Shown here: positions 55,701 through 62,455 of the stretch, in pieces
Numbering within the stretch: position 1 is the first letter of the stretch
Layout of the letters: each line of letters begins with the position of its first letter
NCBI GenBank assembly: GCA_042089915.1
Contig: JBELJZ010000002.1
Coordinates: 13,883-77,882, forward strand
Length of the DNA: 64,000 nt
Direction of reading: 5' to 3'
DNA from: Crocinitomicaceae bacterium
GTDB lineage: Bacteria > Bacteroidota > Bacteroidia > Flavobacteriales_D > Sanyastnellaceae
Program-made: the position numbers and the translations under genes
Notes under the pieces: model-generated
Seen by the model: the letters and a program-made list of their open reading frames with translations, nothing else
What the model was told of the DNA's origin: nothing
The model's database searches: none

Positions 55701-57801
55701 TGGCAGGGTCCACCGGGTCCCCGGACTCGCCGAGCAGAACCGGCGTCAAGGGCGCGTCTCCTCCCTCTGCGGACCAGGTCAATTCTCCTGCTCCCGTTTC
55801 ACAATCCACGACGGCCCAATCCACCGTCCACGCCAATGGCGGCAGCTGGGTCACCTCCGTGGTCCCCGTCGCCGTGCATCCATTGGCATCTGTCACATCC
55901 AATTGATAAGCGCCCGGGGTCAAACTGTCGAGAGAAGCCGCGTCACCCGCCGGTCCATTGGGGCCGGTCCATTCCAAGGTGTAATCCGGCAACCCGCCGG
56001 AGACCACGGCCACTGCGCTTCCATCATTTTCCTCGCATCCCGCCGGAACCGAAGTGAGGGTCACATCCAGCGCCGCCGGCTCCACCAATGCAAAGGCGCT
56101 GTCGGCCATGCATCCGTTGCCATCCGTGGCGGTCACGACATAGTCACCCGCTCCGAGGTCCATCAAATTGGAGGCGATGGTGTTGGGCACGTTGCCGGAC
56201 CACGTCACCGTGTAGCCCGGTGTTCCGCCCGTGACCATCGCTTCCGCCAGTCCATCAGATTCGCCAAAACACGTGGGGTTCGCGGCGGTCAAATCCAACT
56301 GCAACCCATCGGGAGCGCTCAAGATCACGAGGGTGTCCAATTGGCATCCAGCCAAATCCATCACGCCAAATCCGTAAGGTCCGGCCGTCAAATTCGATGC
56401 CACCAAACCGGTGGCGATCACATCCAACGTGGCCGGTTCGGCCCACGCTGCGAGGTAAGGTGGCACACCGCCTTCCACATTGGCTTCCAACACCCCGTCA
56501 TCGGAGCCCGGACCCTCTGCGCAACTCGGCAGTGTCGCCAGAATCGTCACGCTCAACGGTGCGGGGTCTTCCAACGTCACCGACCCGGACACCGCGCATC
56601 CATTGGCGTCTTCCAGCGCGTAATCATAAGTCCCTGCCGGAACGGCATTGAGGAATTCTCCTGCGAGGGTTGCACCCGTTGGCAAGGTCCAGAGCACGTC
56701 ATAGGTTGGGGCTCCGCCTGTTGGAACGATGCCCACTGTACCATTGAAATCGCCAGGACAAGCAGGCGGGGCAAAAAAGGGTTCCGCCGCCACAGGTTGA
56801 GGCTCTGCGACCTCTGCCGTGCCTTCTCCCACGCAACCATCATCCGCTGTGACGAAGACCGTGTAACTGCCTGGCGCCAAATCACTCACGGCATCGAGGG
56901 ATGGGCCGGCGTTGGCATAGCCGTTGGGGCCAGTCCACGCATAAAACGTGGCGGTGGCGAAGGTGGCGGTCGCTGAGCCATCGGCGTCACCAAAACAGGA
57001 CACCGGGGTCGTGTTCACCTCGACGTCCACAGCAGGAGGGTCCGTCAGGGTCGCGCTGTTCGACAGGCTGCACCCCCCGGTATCGGTGGCGGTCACGATA
57101 TAGGTGCCCGCAGGGAGGTCCGTGAGGTCTGCACCGCTGCCCGCCGGCGCTCCACCGGCCGTGGTCCATTCAAACGTGAACCCACCGCCAACGCCCCCCG
57201 TGGCCACAGCGGATGCCGTGCCGTCATCGAAGCCGTTGCAGCTGGGGTCCGTCGAAAAGGTCAGCACCTCCACAGGTGGAATTTCCACGGTAACTGTGAC
57301 ATCATCCACACAACCATTGACGTCCGTAGCGGTCACCAGCAACAGCTGTTCGCAGACGCCTGCGCCAGTGCTCCCGGTTTGAGCCGCGTCGTGGGACCAA
57401 CTATATGTGAAAGGTCCTTGGCCAAAGTTCGGCGTGGCCGTCACCACACCCGAGCACGGGGAATCGCACGTGGGAAGTTGATCGACCTCAGCGGTGATGA
57501 AGAAGGGGAAGGGTTCGTTGACGTTGATGCCCAAGGCGCTGCAGCCCGGGACAAAAGCGAGGTAACTGCCAGGGCCCAGTCCGGATTGGACCGCGCCAAA
57601 CAACGTGTCGCTCTCCAACAACCAATACACGTCGGTTGGATCGATGCCGTCCGGAACAGTCACACTCAGCACGGCATCATCCGCACCGCTGCAACTGATG
57701 GGTTCCACGACCTCAATCTCGGTCGGGCATTGAGCACGTGTTCCGGACGCCAAGGCAAGGAGAGAGAACGCCAACGGGAGCCGCCACAACCAGGCCGCCA
57801 T
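52720..57801 (-). CDS. Giant SprB-repeat cell-surface adhesin with T9SS type-B C-terminal domain
   Basis: Signal peptide MAAWLWRLPLAFSLLALASGTRAQ (alternative ATG at 57846). About 17 modules of the type C.G..DG......GG.P.Y...W........L..L..G.Y.V.V.D..GC. C-terminus FTPNDDGINDRWNLGG...VFNRWGDILF...GTYYYFIRV. Confidence 0.85.
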   Translation of the reverse strand: MAAWLWRLPLAFSLLALASGTRAQCPTEIEVVEPISCSGADDAVLSVTVPDGIDPTDVYWLLESDTLFGAVQSGLGPGSYLAFVPGCSALGINVNEPFPFFITAEVDQLPTCDSPCSGVVTATPNFGQGPFTYSWSHDAAQTGSTGAGVCEQLLLVTATDVNGCVDDVTVTVEIPPVEVLTFSTDPSCNGFDDGTASAVATGGVGGGFTFEWTTAGGAPAGSGADLTDLPAGTYIVTATDTGGCSLSNSATLTDPPAVDVEVNTTPVSCFGDADGSATATFATATFYAWTGPNGYANAGPSLDAVSDLAPGSYTVFVTADDGCVGEGTAEVAEPQPVAAEPFFAPPACPGDFNGTVGIVPTGGAPTYDVLWTLPTGATLAGEFLNAVPAGTYDYALEDANGCAVSGSVTLEDPAPLSVTILATLPSCAEGPGSDDGVLEANVEGGVPPYLAAWAEPATLDVIATGLVASNLTAGPYGFGVMDLAGCQLDTLVILSAPDGLQLDLTAANPTCFGESDGLAEAMVTGGTPGYTVTWSGNVPNTIASNLMDLGAGDYVVTATDGNGCMADSAFALVEPAALDVTLTSVPAGCEENDGSAVAVVSGGLPDYTLEWTGPNGPAGDAASLDSLTPGAYQLDVTDANGCTATGTTEVTQLPPLAWTVDWAVVDCETGAGELTWSAEGGDAPLTPVLLGESGDPVDPAMWSALSPGTYGFSVEDARGCMLDTAFTLDPALSLEAEGLPAGCGGLGAVTASVTGGAGAVNWALTPDATSAGSDGQSAEWAGLPAGDYTVTADDGTCTASANVTVDGVDLFDWMVEAVDFACAVSPGAISIALTGGVEPIAYSGMSLDGGVSWASPDTVGLSAGEYVLNVTDAAGCVRDTTIELAAVDPVMATATVAPISCQGAADGAIEFAAMGGTEPLTFGAQGPSGTIEAPLDNLAPGTYVAGVVDGRGCTADSTVVLTDPAGITAVVTAVSESCPGTADGQAEVSASGGSGTLLVEWANGPQDSLWSNLTAGDYAWTVTDTAGCDASGTVTVEVGLGPVVLDTVLSGTCEGGVPSSVVELFVAGTASDVEVLLGGLPADVTAMSDTGSTWSWLDLAEGNYGWSVSFGGACSTMGNVDVTLANALEWIGTVTPPTCEGDSGSVVGITSGGSGLIQTTWTGVTVDGDTLGGDFLFTGPVPAGEYTFMANDDGGCAIDTTVSLAPLSSGLMLTSNVIQPSCGGALAGEATLLSSGGLPPYDIVVEGAEDSLFIPFLLPGSYPATLTDSAGCTTADTVVVDPASAFTLSAVVDSASCSNSEDGQIVLLPMDATGSVDFTFVGPFGATPAGDTIPNLAAGIYEITALDSAGCPSALLVAVGAPDPVVVTLDSLDRPSCVGDADGALAVNATGGSGDPLNWTVAWTLDGEEFESGAGISGLGEGTYAVVVTDSAGCTGDIESIPLVAEGDVMLSVPSDTVLCSGTPLTLEAEATGASTTTWAIVDTLGGAGLTAAVNAVDTGLSVWVFSAARLGCFRTDSVEVVGLSLPTLDAGADEIVPEGGVTGIGAFGNPAWSYSWSPAEELEDAGAPATITQPLFQTTDFVLTATTVEGCSATDTMTVEVLLELDIPSGFTPNDDGINDRWNLGGLGQYPSAEITVFNRWGDILFTQDATEAPWDGTLNGIPLPVGTYYYFIRVSEPALQAEWTGPITLMR

Positions 57802-57889
57802 GGGAGGCGGGATGTGATTCGGTCCGTGTGCGTTCGTGTGTCTCATCGACTGGATGAAGGGTCTACGGAAAGGGCGCGCCGGGGTTCCA

Positions 57890-58849
57890 TCATTGGAAGG
57901 CTGCGCAAGGAACATGGCTTCCTCGAACCGGACAGGCGAGGATGCCAAGGGTAAATTCATGGGTGCTGGAAGCGGCTTGACTCAAGGCGCCCACGTTCCA
58001 ATCATACGCGTATCCGACCGTCACATTCTCCAGGATGTTGAGTGTGAGGATGCCGGACAACGCCGTCTCGTTGCGGTATCCGATGCCGAATCGCACGGTC
58101 TCGTCATAATCGAAAAGGGCCTGGACATCCACCGCCACCGGGGCGCCTGCACTGAAGCGGAGGGAACCCGCAGGATGGAAGCTCCACGGACCTTCGAGTC
58201 GGATAAGCGACCCGCCGTAGAAGCCAACGTGGCGGCGGAACCGCGTGTCCAGTCCCCACTGATCGACAGAAGGCTCGATCAGGTTCTGAATGGACAATCC
58301 CCAGAAGGTGTGCTTGTTGTAGGTCCACAAGCCGAAATCCATGGTCGGCGCCAAAAGTTGATTTGCATTCGACGTGATGGCCGGGTCATTGCCCGCTTGA
58401 AAATCGGGCAACACGATGTCGCCCAGGGCCAGGCGGTACTGCATGAACCCCACAGCTGCACCCGCTGCCAAATGCCAGCCCTGCGACATTTTGAGGTGGT
58501 AGGCGTAGGCCAGATCGAGCTGGGTGAAGCCATAGGGGCCTGCGCTGTCGTCCGTCACCCTGCCACCGAGGCCATGGATGTTGCCTCCCGGTGATCGGCC
58601 GATTTCTCCTTGGAGGTTGGCGAACGCAGTGGACGGTGCGCCGTCAAAACCCGCCCACTGCTGGCGATATCCCGCTTTGAGCTCCATGCAGTCGGTGAAG
58701 CCGGCAAACGCGGGATTCTCCTGAAAGTAGTTGAATTGCCAATTGGTGCGCAGCGGAAGCTGCTGGGCATCCACCGTCGACAGCGCCAGGAGCGCAGTGG
58801 CAACGAGGGTGAGGCGGAAAAGAAGACGCTTCGTCATGGGGCGCTTCAT
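57890..58849 (-). CDS. PorP/SprF-family type IX secretion system membrane protein (paralogue 1)
   Basis: 319 aa with a signal peptide. QQLPLRTNWQFNYFQENPAFAGF and LKAGYRQQWAGFDGAPST match the PorP/SprF N-terminal signature. ATGA overlap with the upstream cargo stop. Confidence 0.9.
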   Translation of the reverse strand: MKRPMTKRLLFRLTLVATALLALSTVDAQQLPLRTNWQFNYFQENPAFAGFTDCMELKAGYRQQWAGFDGAPSTAFANLQGEIGRSPGGNIHGLGGRVTDDSAGPYGFTQLDLAYAYHLKMSQGWHLAAGAAVGFMQYRLALGDIVLPDFQAGNDPAITSNANQLLAPTMDFGLWTYNKHTFWGLSIQNLIEPSVDQWGLDTRFRRHVGFYGGSLIRLEGPWSFHPAGSLRFSAGAPVAVDVQALFDYDETVRFGIGYRNETALSGILTLNILENVTVGYAYDWNVGALSQAASSTHEFTLGILACPVRGSHVPCAAFQ

Positions 58850-59844
58850 CGGATGATGGCCACGTGGCCGGTTTCCGGCGCGATCGGAAGATCGACGTCG
58901 TTGAGTTCAATGACGTAGTAATACGTTCCGGGCGTCAGCGGCTTGCCCGAACGGCCCGTGCCATCCCACGGCTGGGAGTACCCGAGGGAGCGGTGTACCA
59001 ACTGGCCCCAGCGGTTGAAGACCTCCACCTTGGCTCCCGGGAAAGCCGCGATGCCGTCAATGGTCCAGAAGTCGTTGATGTTGTCGCCGTTGGGGGTGAA
59101 GCTGTTGGGAACCCCGATGGGCGACCCCACGGTGACCGTCAAGGAGCTGGTGACTTGGCAATCGCCAATCTGGCCATCTACTTGGTAGGTGATGGTTTCC
59201 ACCGGGGAGACAGTGGTCGTGGCTTGGTCCGGATCCGTCAAATAGAATTCAGGGGACCAGGCGTATCCATACACCGGGTCTCCCCCGACCACGCTGAGCT
59301 CGGCGGACGCACCCGGGATGAGGGTGTGGTTGCAACAGGCGTCCATGGTCACGCCTTCGCCGGCCAGTTCCACATACATGCCGCACAAGGTGTCGGCGGG
59401 GTTGTGCTGCGTCCCGATCAGCAGGAAATATTCGCTATTGTGCTCCAGAGTGGTGGTTTCCCAAACGAGGTCATCCACCCCGGAAATGCAAGGGCCCATG
59501 GCGGTCAAGCCGGTCGGGTCGCAGGGGTCTCCCGTGGCACTGACCACAACAGCGGACAAGGTGTCCGGGCCCGTGGCGCCCTCGCACGAGACTTGGGAAA
59601 TGCGAATTCTCGCGCTCCCTAGGTTCGCGAAGTTGTGGTTCGAACGGAACCGAAGCACCGCCACATGAGACGCGTCGATGCACTCGAAGTTGAGCAGGGC
59701 GTCCGCATCATCCAGAATGAAGAGCGAAGTGGGCGCCTCCGGACAAAGGAGGCCGGGGTCCGTGCACGTCTGTGCGGAAATGGGGGTCGCCAGCGCAAAC
59801 AGGGCCAACACACCCAACAAGGACCGTGTGAATAGGGTACACAT
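58846..59844 (-). CDS. Small secreted Cys-rich protein with T9SS type-B C-terminal domain
   Basis: 332 aa. Signal peptide LLGVLALFALATPISAQ. C-terminus FTPNGDNINDFWTIDG...VFNRWGQLVH...GTYYYVIEL. The N-terminal ~220 aa match no family I recognise. Confidence 0.8.
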   Translation of the reverse strand: MCTLFTRSLLGVLALFALATPISAQTCTDPGLLCPEAPTSLFILDDADALLNFECIDASHVAVLRFRSNHNFANLGSARIRISQVSCEGATGPDTLSAVVVSATGDPCDPTGLTAMGPCISGVDDLVWETTTLEHNSEYFLLIGTQHNPADTLCGMYVELAGEGVTMDACCNHTLIPGASAELSVVGGDPVYGYAWSPEFYLTDPDQATTTVSPVETITYQVDGQIGDCQVTSSLTVTVGSPIGVPNSFTPNGDNINDFWTIDGIAAFPGAKVEVFNRWGQLVHRSLGYSQPWDGTGRSGKPLTPGTYYYVIELNDVDLPIAPETGHVAIIR

Positions 59845-59855
59845 GGGATCGAAAT

Positions 59856-59863
59856 CGAAGGTA
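59856..59863 (-). promoter_or_regulatory. Putative -7-like box TACCTTCG upstream of the T9SS cargo/PorP operon
   Basis: Reverse complement of cgaaggta, 11 nt upstream of the ATG at 59844. Confidence 0.35.
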
Positions 59864-59942
59864 GCCGCACCAGCGGCCCGTCATCGGCCGCCGGCAGGGA
59901 TTATCAACAACGCAGGTGGGGCGGGATGCGTTGCCCAGCGGG

Positions 59943-60449
59943 TCAATCCGCCAGTGCAATCAGGACGGCGTCCTTCTCCACGGCTTGGCCAGCCGACACA
60001 TGAATGGCGCCCACTTGGCCCTCTCCGGCAGCGCGGAGGACGTTCTCCATCTTCATGGCCTCCAAAACCAACATCGGCTCTCCCTCGGCCACGGTTTGCC
60101 CTTTGGCCACCAAGACCTCGATCACCTTGCCCGGCATCGGTGCCCGCAACTCCTTGGCTCCGGCAGCAGCCGCGTCCTCCAGGCCCATGCGCTCCATCAT
60201 CTGCTCGCGCAGGCCGTGCACCTCCCATTGGTCGGCCACGCCGTCGAGGGTCACCGCCCACCGCCCGTCCGATCCACGGTGGACCGAAACCCGGTGATTG
60301 TGCTGGCCGATGCGCACCCACCACAATCCACGGGCATCCTGATGGAGGGGCGCCGATTCTGGCGCGGCGGGAGCTGCATTCCCTTGGGGGTCACGATACG
60401 CGGACATCGCCTGCAATTTACCGTCAGCAACGCCGAACTTGCATTCCAT
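59943..60449 (-). CDS. Biotin carboxyl carrier (biotinyl/lipoyl-domain) protein, stand-alone
   Basis: 168 aa. C-terminal biotinyl domain with the MLVLEAMKMENVL attachment motif. No carboxylase subunit adjacent. Confidence 0.8.
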   Translation of the reverse strand: MECKFGVADGKLQAMSAYRDPQGNAAPAAPESAPLHQDARGLWWVRIGQHNHRVSVHRGSDGRWAVTLDGVADQWEVHGLREQMMERMGLEDAAAAGAKELRAPMPGKVIEVLVAKGQTVAEGEPMLVLEAMKMENVLRAAGEGQVGAIHVSAGQAVEKDAVLIALAD

Positions 60450-61569
60450 GGCTGGTCTCTACGTGCACATCCCATTTTGCGCCCAGGCTTGCACCTACTG
60501 CGACTTCCACTTCACCACCCAACTTCGGGACCGGGATGCCATGGTCGACGCGTTGCGGCGAGAAATTCGAACCGCCCTTCCCCATTGGTCCACTGAACGC
60601 TTTACCACACTCTACTTCGGTGGGGGTACGCCCAGCCTGATGGGGCCTGCAGCTTTGGCCGCCATCGCCCAAGAAGCGTTTGACGGGGCCGAATGGTCGC
60701 TCGAAGAATGGACGGTCGAGGCCAACCCGGAAGACCTCGACCCCGCCACGTTGGACGCCCTGCGCGAGGCTGGCGTCAACCGACTGTCCATCGGGGCGCA
60801 GAGCTTCCAGCGCGACGTGTTGACCTGGATGCGGCGAATCCACGGAGCCGACAAGGCCGAGTCCGCTGTCCGAAATGCGGCCGCGGCGGGGTTCGACCAC
60901 CTGTCCCTCGACCTCATCTACGGGGTGCCTGTGGGCGGAAGCGACCGGTGGCAACGGGACTTAGATACCGCGCTGTCTTTGCCAGCCGACCACCTCAGCG
61001 CCTACATCCTGACAGCGGAGCCCCAGACCCTCTACGGACACCAGCTCCAAAAGGGCGAGCTGCGCGAGCCCCCCGAGGACCAGGTGCTGCGCGAGTATGG
61101 GCAGCTCACGCAGGCGACAGCGGACGCGGGATTCGAGCATTACGAAGTCTCCAGCTTCGCGCGGGACGGGGGGCGGAGCCGCCACAACAGCGCCTACTGG
61201 AACGGGGTGCCTTACCTCGGCATCGGACCCGGTGCCCACAGCTTTCGAGACCAAACGCGGTGGTGGAATGCCCGTTCCAATGCACAATACCTGAAGGCGT
61301 CCGCTGCGGGAGACTTTGCTTCACAGCAAGCGCAAGAAGTGCTGAATGCCACGGACCGATTCAACGAGGCCTTGATGACCGGGCTTCGTCGGACCGAAGG
61401 GGTGGATCCAAAAGGGCTGCTCAACAACAGTGGGCACGACCTGAAAAACCACCCTGAACTGGACCGCTTACTCACTGCAGGCCAAGTCGAGTGGCATGGC
61501 GGTCGGCTCCGCATTCCGAGGCACCATTGGCCCATCGGAGATGCGATCACGGTAGAATTGATGGCGTGA
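60448..61569 (+). CDS. hemW: Radical SAM heme chaperone HemW (HemN-like)
   Basis: ATG at 60448 (MAGLYVHIPFCAQACTYCDF). 373 aa. GGGTPS motif and HemN C-terminal domain. Confidence 0.9.
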   Translation: MAGLYVHIPFCAQACTYCDFHFTTQLRDRDAMVDALRREIRTALPHWSTERFTTLYFGGGTPSLMGPAALAAIAQEAFDGAEWSLEEWTVEANPEDLDPATLDALREAGVNRLSIGAQSFQRDVLTWMRRIHGADKAESAVRNAAAAGFDHLSLDLIYGVPVGGSDRWQRDLDTALSLPADHLSAYILTAEPQTLYGHQLQKGELREPPEDQVLREYGQLTQATADAGFEHYEVSSFARDGGRSRHNSAYWNGVPYLGIGPGAHSFRDQTRWWNARSNAQYLKASAAGDFASQQAQEVLNATDRFNEALMTGLRRTEGVDPKGLLNNSGHDLKNHPELDRLLTAGQVEWHGGRLRIPRHHWPIGDAITVELMA

Positions 61570-62451
61570 TCACCCTTGCGCCACGCGCTCAGAGCGCCGC
61601 CGCTTGAGCGCCACATCGAGGAACACACTCGAAATCAGCAAGGCGGCCCCGCCGTAGAATCCGGGCGGCATGACCTCTTCCTCTCCGAACACCAGCAGCG
61701 CCAACAAAATGGCGTAGATCGGCTCTAAGTTGATGGCCATGGCCACCGTGAACGGACTAAGGACCCGCATGACCTCCACCGTCACGGCAAACGCGATCGA
61801 CGTGGCCAGCAAACCCAGCAACAACAGCCATCCCCAATCCGATGGCATGGGGCCGGCATCGGGCCATCCGCCACCCATCGTGATCCACACGGCCAACACC
61901 CCGCAAGCCACGACCAACTCGAGGCGCGACACCGCCAAGGCGGAGGCCTTCTGGCTCCAAACGCTGTTGAGCGTGCCGAACAAAGCTGCGCAAAATGCGC
62001 TCACCAAAGCGAGGGCCATGCCCTGCCATTGGTCCACATCCACCCGGTACATCCACCACAGGCCGACCATGGCCACCACGCCCAGCCCCAATTCTGCAGG
62101 GTCCACCCGCTTCCGCCGCACCACCGGCTCCATGAGGGCGACGAAAAAGGGAACCGTCGCCATAACCGCCAACGCCAAGGAGACTGTGCTCGACTTGATG
62201 GCGCCGAAAAACGTGACCCAATGCAAGGCTACCAGCACCCCGGTCAAGGCGACCGGCCAACGCACGGAACGGGGCATCGCCGTCGAACGGCCCCGGAGCA
62301 CCATCCACGCGTGCAGGCCCAAAGCCCCGATCAGCGTGCGCCAAAACACCAACGGCACGGCCGACAGGGCAATGAGTTTGCCAAAGACCCCGGTGAAGCC
62401 GAAGACCACCACGGTGGCGTGGAGCAGAAACCCGGCCCGAGTGCGCGTCAC
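61570..62451 (-). CDS. EamA/DMT-family transporter
   Basis: About 10 hydrophobic segments. GTG at 62451 is chosen because it avoids overlap with the upstream gene; ATG at 62517 is the alternative. The start is uncertain. Confidence 0.75.
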   Translation of the reverse strand: MTRTRAGFLLHATVVVFGFTGVFGKLIALSAVPLVFWRTLIGALGLHAWMVLRGRSTAMPRSVRWPVALTGVLVALHWVTFFGAIKSSTVSLALAVMATVPFFVALMEPVVRRKRVDPAELGLGVVAMVGLWWMYRVDVDQWQGMALALVSAFCAALFGTLNSVWSQKASALAVSRLELVVACGVLAVWITMGGGWPDAGPMPSDWGWLLLLGLLATSIAFAVTVEVMRVLSPFTVAMAINLEPIYAILLALLVFGEEEVMPPGFYGGAALLISSVFLDVALKRRRSERVAQG

Positions 62452-62455
62452 AGAG

